From Tubulanus polymorphus (lineage: Eukaryota > Animalia > Nemertea), in contig NC_134025.1 in NCBI RefSeq assembly GCF_964204645.1, forward strand, positions 9,796,001-9,860,000: DNA of 64,000 nt. The letters run 5' to 3'. The translations under genes were made by a program, and so were the position numbers. Positions 49,301 to 62,415 of this stretch are shown here, piece by piece. Positions within the stretch are counted from its first letter, which is position 1. Every line of letters begins with the position of its first letter. The notes under the pieces are model-generated. The model saw only the letters and a program-made list of their open reading frames with translations. It was not told the origin of the DNA and ran no database searches.

Positions 49301-52300
49301 AAACGTGTGTTGCCTCTGATGAACGGAAGTACTAATCACTTTTCTGCTCTCACACACATACATTGCTATAACTGTCAAGTAATCGCCGCAACTAAAAGTT
49401 TCCGCTTATGAGGATTGTAAATCTCAAAATCCAAATATCAATACACAAACTCGGTTTAAGTGTCAACGTCAACGTCACTATTAAAATGACGTTTTTTTCT
49501 GATCAAAGACGAAGCCTCAAGATGCAACATTATCGAGTATGCATGCTCAGGAAAGCAAGACATCGAATCAAAACCGATATCCCGGTAAATAATCTAATTA
49601 AGCCCGAAATCAGATACAACGAAACGTGACTCGTCCTTGAGGGTAATTCTATCTGTTCGTATGGATCGAAATCGGAAATAACGAATGAATAACGTGATAC
49701 ATCATCATAAATTGCGTACACATTTCCCTAAATGCACTGGTAACATGAGCCATATATTATTGATAATTACAATGTGTACAAATATACGTCATATATAAAT
49801 ATACGTAATATGTGTCTAATTATCGAATATTGTCAACAGTTCTATTATTGCATTGAAACAATGGCCCGAATATTTAACTATCACGAGGTATTTCACTTCA
49901 GAGAGCTCAAGTGTGCACTTGGAGTAAGTACTATGTTTTTCAATCATTAATTCGTGTCAAATATAAATCAAATGAAAATGTCAAAGTTTTCGCTTTTACG
50001 TGAATGTTGTTTCCTTCGTATTCTGAATTTAGATCGATTTCAAATGTAAAAACATGCCACGGAACGGAAGATAAAGAAAGGAAATACGGTTGTTTTTGTT
50101 GAATATGCAAGAAATCAGAGATCAAACCTAAAGGTTTCGATGACGATCTTCACGACTGAACAAGCGCGTTCACGCATACAGTGCGAATACATTAGCATTT
50201 CGAATTCCGTTTTCTTCGATTCCTGGTAGCAGAAATCATTCTTTAATCGATATCCGAAACTTCTAACTTTCTTAGTTCCGATAAAGTAGAAATATTTCAT
50301 CTGTTTCTGTCGGGGCAAGTTCGATTATGTTTAATTAGATGATTTACATTCATGGATGGTTTTATATTCTACCACGTCATGGTATCACTCTTTATTCCTC
50401 GTTGGGAAGAACTCTTGACACAAATCCAATGGCTCGGTGTCTTTAAATCAAAAGTCTATTCGCATCGCTGCACATTTCACGCATTAATCAGATTGATCAC
50501 GAGGTTTTGAGAATTTCATTGCCATGCATGACGAGTCGGCGCTGGAGCCCCCTCCTCGCTTACAGTGCGCAACAAATGTCTGTCATAAACAATTCCCAGC
50601 GACGCTTTCGAAGCAACATGTAATCACGGCAAATCCTGCAAAAAGTGAAGTTAAATATTTGTTCTGCCGCGGACTAATGAATGTTTGTTTGGGCAGAAAC
50701 AAATCATTATTTCCGACGACTGCGGGCTGTTAGATGCCTGCTGTGAATATATGATATTTGCTTTCGTTATGGACCAAGAAAGTGCTGTTCGTCTGTAACC
50801 GCGATTCAAAAGCAGTCTAGAGGAAAATCGTCGTTTGTGCTTTTTTCAACGTTATCAACGACTAAAAAGATCCTCGTCGCAGGGAGATGAGTTACCGTCT
50901 AGATCAATGCCGCCATCGAAGAGATTTACTCTGTAGTCGAAATGGGGAAAATGTATATCGTGTACGTAACCGTGGCATTCTAGGCTTGCCACAGTACGAA
51001 GAGTACTTTTTGACATCAGGAACATTGAATTTTGGTCTAATATAAGGCTTTATCTCAGTCTAACCAGGGCCGTACAGAGCATTTGAATTTAAGGGGTTAG
51101 ATATACAGAAAAAGAGCAATTCTATAGGATACAATAACATTTGCAAAAAGGGCACTTTTCCAAAATTCCTAGGTGCCCCCTGCTTAATAAGGCCCTGAGT
51201 TTGATTAGTCAATTATTGTGTCCATGTAGGCCTATTCTCCGTAATCTATGATCTTTACTGTTACTTCGAAAAGAAGGCATCGCGAGTAAATTACTAAACA
51301 CAGAAGCTACGTGCCGCGAAAACAAGTCAAAACGCCGCGACTAATTCAGCAAAATGTAAGATTATTCCATAAATTATTTACTCAGATCCGGAGGGAGCGT
51401 AATCGTGCGTTATTTCTGCTTGCCACGGAGGATCTCACCCGATATGGATGACGACGGTTTTATACGTCTGGAGAAGGAAATCGCACCAAAACGATGTATA
51501 CGGGGTAAATTAGATTAACAGCAGCACGAGGAGTCACCCGTAACGAGTACGTCGAATGAAAGAACCGTTATAAATTAAGCGCATGTCTTCTTTTCCTATA
51601 ATCGAGCGCAGACATTCAACGAAACAATACATCTTTTTGGCGCCATAAAAACCGTTACAATAATTTTTATATACATTGTTAACTTAGTATGCGCTATTTA
51701 AGGGGTTCCGTGTAAGAAGATGTGCACTACGTCATCAGTATTAACGTTTCAAAATAACAATGACAATTGTGAATTTTTGCGTTTTTCAGTGATTCAACAT
51801 ATTTTACAACTCTTATTTTATTTTTGGTACATTTGGGTGATAATTGTTGAGAGGATGTACACTACGACATCAATACATCGGGGCTAGACTGGTTGCCGGT
51901 CAATTCAATTCAATTATCGATATATACCCAAATCCGAAATAACTGAATAATGATCCTTGGTATGATTAATATTATACTATTTATTGTCGAGAATATTAAG
52001 CAATTTATGTGTTACTTTGGTGTCAAAAAGGTTACTTTTGTTGTTACAGTTTCCAGGCGCCATGTCGAGTGAAATCATCTGGGTACAAAACAGGCAGTTT
52101 ATGTACATTTGCTAGTGATAACAAAATTAAAATTCCACTAGAAATGATTTGAACATTCTTAAACGTTTTTCGTCACTCAACCATCAGTTTTACGTGGTGA
52201 CGATTGAACCTATAGTTTAGGCTACGTAACATAGCTTGAGCTCATTCATGCTCCTCGATATTGATAACTGATTGTATCTGTCTTTTTTTATAAGATTACT

Positions 52301-55300
52301 TCTTTAAGTTATTTTAGAGCAGATTTGCATTTGCGACAAAAATGTTTTGATTACGCGCGACGAGAAAGCAGTAATAGATTTTTCAAAAAGGCTTGATACT
52401 CATGTAGCTTATAATGAGACTGAAATAGCAGTTTTTATCGACAAAAAGTCGTCAAAACTCAGGCGGAATAATGAAATATATAGATTACCGATACAATGAA
52501 TAAAAGCTGATGGAGTATTAGTTGAGTGAAAAATCTATATAAAAACAACCGATAATTCCAGACGTGGAATATACGTGTGAGATCAATCAAACCCAACACT
52601 GACGAGACTCACGGTGCCGAACGGGACGATGGAGTATAATTATCACGCTAATAAGAACATAAGCAGGAAACGCAATTAATATACACGTATAACTCGACAA
52701 ATCCATTCAATTGACATGGTTAGTTTGCCATCACGCCCAGTGATACGCATTCGCGATGCGAACGGCTTCGTTAATGAATATATTTACAGACGCTTCCAGC
52801 CTGCAATTCGCCGATAAATACCGTTATAATCCAATTTAAGCCGGGCCCGAGTCCTCAAATACATACTCGAGTTGATGAATCGCTGTACGCGATGAATTCG
52901 ATTTCGGAATTACTGATGTATTACACTTGTCGCAACAAGCATCATATCTTGGAAACAATTTCCGGGCCCGATATTATGTGGTCAAGTGATCATGAAACAT
53001 CCTCCACGCGCATCGGTGGAGAATCTATTTCCTATTTTCAGCAATATATAATATAACGAACGAGGCAGTTTCGCGCCAGCACCGCTTATGGTTGGGGTTT
53101 CAACTATGCATTGCACAACTCACGTAGTGAAGTCGCCTGTACCAAGGCATATCATACCGGATTATGCTGCCATTTTCCTTTTCAAGGAAATCATCTAATA
53201 ATGAATAGAGCTCTGAAATTTACGGAATGGGTGGTGATTAAGCTATAATATGGATGTAGTCCAAGTTGGTCCGTCGCCTAGGGCGAACTTCGGTTATCGG
53301 AGTAAGTTGACTATAGTCGAACTAAACGAAACCTAATGTCAGTTAGTCGGAACTATGGTCCGGAAATGGTCGACCACGCGATAGAACACGGTCGTTGTAT
53401 AGTTCCGACCTATTTCCAAGATGGTCGACACTGGGAAATACGTTACCACTGAACTATAGTACATGCGGTTATTAGTTTCCGACCACAATCGACTAGCGAA
53501 AACTTTAGTTGGTCCTGAACGTCGGAACTTGTGTCCAATGAATTTGGCCATGTTATCGAAGGCGCTATTCAAATTTTGAAATGCAAAATAAATTCAATTC
53601 AAAAACTTAGTATCATCACATTGGTGATACAAAACCAGTTTTTATAACCAACAAACACATTAACTACGGTCTCAAGATCTAAGTATAGCTCAGACTGATA
53701 CACCATGGTAATTTCTATCTTAATATGCATATCATACAGAGCTGTAATTCATTTCGTAACGAGCGGAAGTCATCTCGTACACAAATCACTGCGCGCGCTG
53801 AGGTTTCAATCTGTGGGATTCGGAGAAATATGAAAATGACATCGACACGCAAATTTACTCCCGTTAGACAAAAACCTAATACGCCGAGTATAGTGTCTCG
53901 CCCAGCAGTAAATTGTGTGTCACGTTGCGAGGTGATGGATGGTGCCTTAATGAGTATAGCGCTAGGTGGTTTATCAACAAGGATTCGGGTAGATATTTCA
54001 CCGTGCCACATCATGTGATTAACACATCCTTCCTGGTAAATATTCGAGTGAAAACACGGCCAATTATTAAACTTTCCCTGTCAGACCGACGCAAAACACG
54101 AATACCAATGACATGTCGGACGACGCGTCGGTGATATCTGCTTTACGTTTTATGAACTGAATTAAGAAAAAAAACCTCGCTATTTCGCGCTTCCGGAATC
54201 GCTAACAATCACACCGTCGTTCGTCGTAAAAGCTTTTTGAAATTTACGTTAAAACAACTTCTCGATTGAGCCAACGAAATGAATGACCGCGCGTCGGCTT
54301 TGGTTACGATTAACACAAAGTAGCACTTAGCGATCATCATCGATATTAAAGTTCATCTCCTTTGAATATCAAGGACCGAAATGTTTTGGTCTTATATCGT
54401 TTCGTAGTTTTGCTTATTGCCATGGTCAATCTGTCGGTTTCTCACGGCATCAAGTCTCGGTTAAATTGGCTGGAATAGGATCTCCTGCTCAAGAACAACA
54501 CACACTCTTCATTTGATTACTGACTGATAAAAATAGATTACGGACGACCACACGTATTGGTAACAAACCTTCTATGGAGAGGCCTGGTGTGTATATTGTC
54601 GTGGAGCTCTTGCGTGGCTTCGCACAGAGTCATTTTGTTTTTTTTCCGTTTCGGTTTCGGGATAATCATTACACCGAAATGGTAGAGCGCCTACGGGTGT
54701 GATGGCATCATCCGCGGCAAGTGATTGAAAATCGGTGAATCCAGCATCAGTTATTTTGCGCGGTATTTGATCGCATCAAAAAGGTGCGTACGTGATCGGC
54801 TATTCTCGGTATGTTCCGACGGTTAACGAACAAAACGACGCGGGATTTAATCTAATTTCCTATATTTGCCGAGCGATACATGCGACTTTCGGTAAAACCA
54901 ACAGCAGCGGAACACGACTACGGAGTCATCGTGTCAACGAAGTGAAACTAGTGATTTGTCATTTTATGTTTTCCGTCGTAATAAATGTAATTGACTGACT
55001 GCCGTGGGGAATTTAGTCGATTTTGCGAATCAGAGATAATGCACGAAAAAGCGCCGTGGGTGTATAGACTTACTAAGGCACAGTCTACAACTCGGCTTAG
55101 ACGTCACGTATCCATTTCTTTTAAGTTTCCCCAAGACTGATAATGAATATTGGGTACTATTTGAAATTAAATCGTGCATTCCAAATCTTAACATTTTCCC
55201 AAGAAAGTTTACATTTGCCCCGAGTTCAAATTCTACAGAATTCTAGAGTTGTCGATGTCATTTTCTGCTACGCAGAATAAGCCCCATATTTCTTCATTAG

Positions 55301-58300
55301 CGCTTGTAAACGCACTGATAAATTATGAATTTATGCCGTTTTAATGTTTCTCTAACCATGCAAATATCCGTGCCACCGTAATCACGTCGACGAGACGAAT
55401 TGAACACGATTCATTCACCATAAACATCACGTCATGAACGTGACCGGCTAATTTTTCAAAAATACGTATAATCGCAGCGCACGATGAAACCAAAATAGCT
55501 TTTAAGTCTCGCAATTCAAAGCCAATCAAAATCGCATCCTCGCCTTCAATTAAAACGGCGTTATTGGTCACGTCTGCATTTTTCGGTGTATTTATTGACG
55601 ATGATCGCGACGCGCGGTTGACGTTTACGACACTTTATCTATAATTGCCTGTTTCCTCGCAAATCCTTCCTTATACATATCGCGGAGAGAACGGACGAGC
55701 CTATCGCACGGGGCCATTCTGTACGCACGCCGGGGCATTGATATCACCGTCAATATACCGAAGGCTTTTGCGACCGCGTTCTCACCCAATCAATCAGTAT
55801 CGATCATCAATCATAGGCACCGCTCGATGTTGCCATAAGTCGATATGTAGCCAATATCGATGACCGATAAAATGCGGGAAGTTTACGCACCAGGTCGACT
55901 AACTTCCTTGTATGTATATATTGAATATAGACTCGTGCAGAGGAGCCGTGTTTACCAGGTGCGGAATAAGAAATACGAGGCGGATAGTACTTTGAAGGTT
56001 AACTTAATAAATAAACAAGCTTATAACTTAAATAAACAAGTTAACCTATTAAGTACCGTCCATCGCGTTTTACTTATTGAAAATAGACTGCAGAAATGAA
56101 TAACCAATGGAATAGTTTTGAAATGAAACTGAGAATCGGTTTCGGCGGTTTCGTCCAAGTGGTCGATAAGTTTGGAATATTTCGTGAACGGACTAATATC
56201 ACGGATCGTTTTCTGTCTTCAAACGGATGTCCAACAACAGCATCACCCGAATCTATAAAGCGACAACTGAAATTTGTGGAATTGATCAGAAACTTTGCAG
56301 TTCATCCAAACGATCGGCAATTTTTATTGTTTTCTATCGTAAAATGTTTAGGAAAATGCGACGCAGCATAGTCTTGCTCACTCGCAAGGGAAGAGCCTAG
56401 CAAACGCTAACAAGCAAATTATATGACTGTGGTCGTTTGCGAAAGGACACAAAATATGCCAGACACGCACTGGGAGCAATTCGGGGAATTTGCGGCTATT
56501 GTATGTCCAGCAGCAATTAATTGCCTGTAGATATTGTCACAATATAAGGCCAGTGCCACATATGGCGTTCGGATAACCATGAAAATGTTCACTTCATCAT
56601 TCACAAGTAGCCAGTGTCAATATTGGCTGTGGCGACCGCGATGTAATAACGTCCGGTGTTCCTGACCGTACATAACTATTAGCCGATCTATAAATGGACG
56701 TGACGAACATACAGCAGTGGTACAGTTCAAACAGTTCTAGCTCATTCCTGACCCCCGGAACCCTTCAAATTCGATTTGTATCGATTAGCGGTGTGGCGAT
56801 TGGGGATTGAATGTTTGTATTACTCGTGCGAACGCGATGAAAATAGATTCAATTAAACAATGAGACGACAATATTCTGATGTTCCGGTCGGATATTGAAT
56901 TGGCAATTGGTGGCTGTTACGAATCAGCATTGTATCCGCCACACTCTCATAGGGCTAATATATTTCAAATTTAAACTTTTATTCATCGAATCACCGGAAC
57001 ACGGTACATGGAAATAGAAACAATTACCGGAATACGGTAGATAGAAATAGAAGATATAAGGCAAACATGCATAAGTCGTCTTGAGGCCCAAACAAATATA
57101 CTGTTAAAGCCGACGCTATATTTTGCCCAGGTATCATTTTTCCTGTAAAGTAACGGCGACAGAATCACATCATCGAAGATGCATTATTGACGATCGTACC
57201 TCCCTCTATGATCCTGGGTTCAGTTTCAAAAAAGGATTATTTCCTGAACTGAATAAAGAAGGAAAACCACGATCGATAGATTCTTGATGGCGTCATCGCC
57301 ATCGTAGTCAGTCTCGGATTTCTCATTTTCAGGTATCATTGATTCGACACTTGATAGCAGACTAGTGCGTTTCTGTTTCTTTCAGTCCCAGTTTTCTTTA
57401 CTTATGATCTTTTGATTGAATTCCCGTCGACGATATATTGGCTTCCAATCGGGCCCGCGTTCACCGGATCGATCGTCTAATCGCGCGTAATTGAATCTTC
57501 GACAATCGTTTCCACTTCTTACCGCAATTTCTCCACACAAATATGTCAATAATCATTATATTAATGGGCGCATTCCAACATGCCAATTCTCTAGTTCTGT
57601 CGACTTCAATTCGTTTTATAATCATCGTCGCCGCTGAAAAATTTATTTCTTCGCCGCATTGAACGACGTCTCAACGGTTATAGCCAGGTAACCGTCGGAA
57701 TTTCAGTGCCGAATCAACATCTACTCGAGTCCGTTAAAGGAAACTGCTGTAGTTCGCTCAGAAGTGTGTGCGTATTCGTCGTCTTTGGTGGCTACATCTC
57801 AAATTACCGGAATAGCTTCAGCTTCGCGTTGAATATTTCCAACGCTCACTCGAGCCAAAACAACACCGCTAATCCACGAATATCGTCGTGTATTCCCTCT
57901 TTCGTCTTTAACAGTTCTTATGGCTGGTTTTATAGACTGGTATTAATCCGGCAGTTAATTTAGGTAATATGATTCAATCCTAGGTGGAATTTAAAACCAA
58001 GCTATTCAAATGTCTACTGGGGTTTGAGTTATATTTTTTTGATATAACGAGTCATGCAATTCATCGCAAGTTTTCCGAAAATGCTAATGAGTCAAGCCAC
58101 CAACGTGAGTCATCCGAAGGTTGTATTTTCTAGTATATGTATGATGGCGGTAGGATGAATCAAGTTTTTTTGAACTTTTAAATCACGAAAGGTCACCGAC
58201 GATAAATGTTGAAATACTCATTCTTAAATGATATGCAAATAACTCGTACAGGTCTAATATATTTACCGAATGCCTGTTACGACGAAAAGCTATTTCCAGT

Positions 58301-60660
58301 ACACAATCAGATGCATCGTGACCGGACTAAATAATAGACGATTCGATTCTAACTTGCATGAAAGTGTTGTATTCGCATGAATACAAATTAATTAACAGCA
58401 AGTCGCACACAGTACACGGCATTCTTCGTCCCGACCCTGGCGGCGCTTTCACCACGTGAACCCGTGGGAACGCATCAGGTCTGACCCCAATCAATTCTGG
58501 TTATTAGCTTGTCATTTTTCATATGTGACCGACCGTGTATGTATTGAAAACTATACAACACTCAACTGCGTCGGATTCCCAGCGGAGCGCATTTCGCATT
58601 CCGACGTCGTCGGTTTTTGTTTTTCGCGGTGGAATATCTAATTCGGCGCACGTGGCTTGTCAAATCGCTCGGGACCCTCTGCACGAAATAACCAAATGCT
58701 ATTTCAGAACCTCTGAATTTTACTTCCAAACTAGAAACGCATAGCCTATAGGCTACAAATGATAAAGCGTTATGATTATTTTACAGTATTTCGCTTTATA
58801 AACACATAAATTATTATCATTATCATTATGGTTATTATAAATGCGATGCAGATGTAACATATACAATAATTGCCGTAGATAATTATATGCATTCTCTAAA
58901 GTAATCTTTTCCAGTTTTTTTTCTCTGATTTTATCATAAAAGGCGTAAAAGATCGCAGTTTTGATGATGAAAAGTTTATGCGTTTTCACTTTCATACATT
59001 TATTTTCAATCTAAAAATTTTAGTTGAAATCATTACCTTTCAATCGTGTTGCGTATATATGTCTAATTTTCGTTGTTCATAAAAGTGAAATAGAAGAGAA
59101 ATTCAAAGCCTTACCGGTGCCGGCATCGCCGTAGACTCATGTCAACTGAAAGCACACCGCCGCTGCTAGCTATTCCACATCTCTCTGAGAGCAAATGCAA
59201 CACCGGTCTGCGCGCGAGCCTCAGTACCGTCGTATAGTACGTACGGTATCGGCTACGACAACGGAGCGGGCAAAACGGTAGGAAAACATTTGGTAAATGA
59301 ACTGAGTTAATAGCCTGCTCTCTCCTCTCTCAGTTTGTCTCTCTCTCTGTGACACCGCATTCAAGACACGTCATATATGTTGAAGAATATGTATTGATCT
59401 CGTACGGGAGAGACAGAGCGGAGGGAATCTTTTATTATAGCCGCCGGCCGTAGCCACAACGACGATTTTACTCGGTGTCTTATCCGGTAAAATGCTTTAA
59501 TCCGAGTGCATTGGATGGAGTATAGTAGATTGCGTTCATAAAAAGAAGCGACGTAATAAATTTGCTAGCCTTCTATGATCTAATCCCAAGAAATGGAAAC
59601 GTGCAGCTGCTCTAGAGCTAGATTATTTTTTAAAAAGCCACGAGAATATATAATTTTGAAAACAAATACGTAGATTCAATACGTGACCAGGTGTTTCGGT
59701 GACATGAGATATAAAATACCAGTTCAGTCACGACTTACGTAGATATACGTTTTTAGTACGACGTTAGCCTATTCCGCTAATAAAATACAGCAAATGACAC
59801 TTTTCTGTTCGAGTTGATTAGCCTAAATGGTCAAACTACGGTCAAATTACGGTCGTTAGCCAAATTTATTCATGCAATCATCCAATTTGATCACTAGCAC
59901 CACAATTACGGATTTGTGTGCCATTCTGTTAGGTAACTAGGTTAAAGCAAATCACGACAACTCTGAGATCTTTTTGCTGGAACTTGATACTAAATACTAA
60001 GCGTTTTGTGAATGATCTTATCGAAATTTTACCCTTGGGCGCGTAGAGGGTTTTCTTTTTGTAGGATATGTATATATATATAAGTAACATTGAAGATCGC
60101 CTTGAGCCACTAAGTGTTCGAACGAATACGATATCATTCGATTCATTATTGGTTCAGCCTATGGCAGGTAAATAAACTACAATACTATACGTGCCGTGAA
60201 ATCCTATATAGACCCTACGAATGTAAATATCTTACGGATTACAAGAAAATACACGGTTCCAACTGTTATTCCTTTAAAAAAAGAATCTTATTGATGGATT
60301 CGCCTCGCGATAAGAACTGCGTTATTGCCCATCGATAAATCCTTTGCGATGAAAGCTTAATATTACCTATATTACCATATTACAATGCGCGATCGGCAAT
60401 AGTGTCAGGAATTATGTTCATTATGTTCGTCGATGAAATTAGACCACGTATGCATCGAAGACTTTGTTTGACGAACGAAGTAATTCGAAACGCAGTTCTT
60501 TGTCAAATACGTCACCGAGAAATTCTTTTATGGCATGGGAACATTACCTATTGCGTTATTCATGAAAACTAAGCTCGAACCACAAATTCAGAATTTGCAG
60601 TCGAAATACGATATTTACCTCATCACCTGTAACTGGATCTGTCTGTTGGTCGAGTCTCAT
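44671..60660 (-). CDS. TMEM151: Transmembrane protein 151 (TMEM151A/B family), ~569 aa
   Basis: Exon 60660-60619 (MRLDQQTDPVTGDE|GTAAAT) is spliced in phase 0 to exon 46338-44671, which begins QRPIRQSFCGSLRRDTHWKCLILTLL. Family motifs: [75 protein letters not shown]. Confidence 0.9.
51065..51197. mobile_element. Short hAT-like MITE
   Basis: CAGGGCCGTA ... TAAGGCCCTG termini with decayed 8-bp flanks (AGTCTAAC / AGTTTGAT). The internal AAAAGGGCACTTTT motif is also seen at ~8787. Confidence 0.45.
59115..59126 (-). CDS. TMEM151: Candidate alternative TMEM151 start exon (MPAP)
   Basis: ATG CCG GCA CCG|GTAAGG gives a strong phase-0 donor. GA/CT-repeat promoter-like sequence lies upstream at 59317-59425. 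Confidence 0.45.
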
Positions 60661-62415
60661 GATTCTTCATGACTGCCGCTGTGTTCATGAGCAGCCTGAA
60701 AGAAACGAAACGCCGTGATTCGCATCAGTGTCGATTTTAAAAGAACATCCCGACGTTTTGACTCGAAAAAGGGTTAGATGTTTAACCCACACTTTTTGAA
60801 AACCATCGCACCTACTCGAAATGTTAGTCATTCGATTGGTATATCTGCACGAATTTATACCGTCGCAAATTGAAGCCGATTGGGAATTGAAGCAATTATT
60901 CAGCTATCACTTTAAAACTTACACGCGTTTCTCGATGATGTCAACACATTAGCAAATCAATTGCAAATAATTGATATGCTGTCGCTATATTCATTTCCAT
61001 CGCGTCTCAAAACGGATAAAAACAATTAGTCAAATTATTTCCATTTTGCATATGGCACCCTTTTTCGTGACCGTGCATTCGTAATTTTTTCGGAATTTCA
61101 TCGACAAAAATCTCGAAAATATTTTGTTCGAAAGCACCAGAATGCCGTACCTTACCTTTGGTTCTTAATTCCCAGAAAGTGACTTAGTTATTTATTCCCA
61201 GAAAGTGAAAGTCAATTAATTCCAGTTTTAGGAAAAAAGTTATATATACGAAATCCGATGAATTCGAACCGGATTGCGCGAATCTATCTAGTATATACCC
61301 TTGTAGAATTCTTCGTTAGTCTAGAATATTGCCTCAATTTTCAGTTTCATTTTAAAAACGTACTTGTTTGATTGTTTGCATACTTTCTGTTTCATCTGTA
61401 AATGTATCTGTCTCCCACGTTAATGAACGATCATAACCGATCGTTCATGGTTCCCATACGCGCGCGTCTCGCTGGGCGAAACGTTCGTTCAATTCGTCGC
61501 GTTGAAGTATCAGAAATTGAAGCGCTATCTGGGGATAACATTTTAAAACACGATGTATCAATGGCTTGTAAAAGTGAAGCATCACTGACGCTATAATGAT
61601 GGAGATAAATGCAACATTGTTTGAGAAATCTTACGGAGGGGCGGATTCAGGGGGTGGTCTCGGGGGTCAGGACCCCTGCCTTCCCGTTGGGGGTGCCTTT
61701 TTAAGACTTAGATCGTTAAACCCTGCTAATTTGACACTGTTACTTCCGGAATTTGCTTATTCGAGGGATTCCTTCAAAAATATCTATAACCGAGGGAGGG
61801 ACGACACCTTTATTGCCCGCTTTTGACAGTGGCAGCTTTATATCAAAGAATGCCTTTTCTTTTCTTCTGGACTCAGGCCTTTCCCTAGATCGGCCACCGG
61901 ACTCATTCGTAAATAGGGATAACGTTAAACTATTTCACCAGAATAAAGTGGAATATATCGTAAAAAGCGTTTTATTCTTGGATAAAAGTAAAACTCGGCT
62001 AGACGTCGAAAAATCAATGTGGTTTAGTTAGTTCCAATAAAGCTGACCCGACACAAAAAACGTAGCGTAGAATTACTACTGTTCAATCCGATCTCGAAGA
62101 CCAAGAATGAAGACTAAGCGAACGAATGTGTCTTCACGGGCCCGTTTATGGTCAGAATATTTGAAGAAATAAATTTTATGATTGGATAATGCGGAGATTA
62201 TTGATAGAACGCTTGCACAGGGAAGTGAGCGAAGGACCGGAGCCGGCCGGCTATCTATCGCTGAAAGGCGGCGTCCGCGTTTAACCAGTCTTCCGTACAC
62301 CGTTTGCCGTATTTTAGCGTCACTCAACTACACAGCTTTCGATGACGTTTCGATTTACGTGTAGAGTAGGAGTACCACCGAAACCAGGAAATAATCGAAA
62401 TAATCGTCGAAAATA

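Noticed and set aside
57225-57340. Minus-strand acidic mini-ORF MIPENEKSETDYDGDDAIKNLSI as a TMEM151 first exon
   Set aside because: Its only in-phase donor (GTGGTT) is poor. Exon 60660-60619 has a better donor and the family-typical E|QRP junction.
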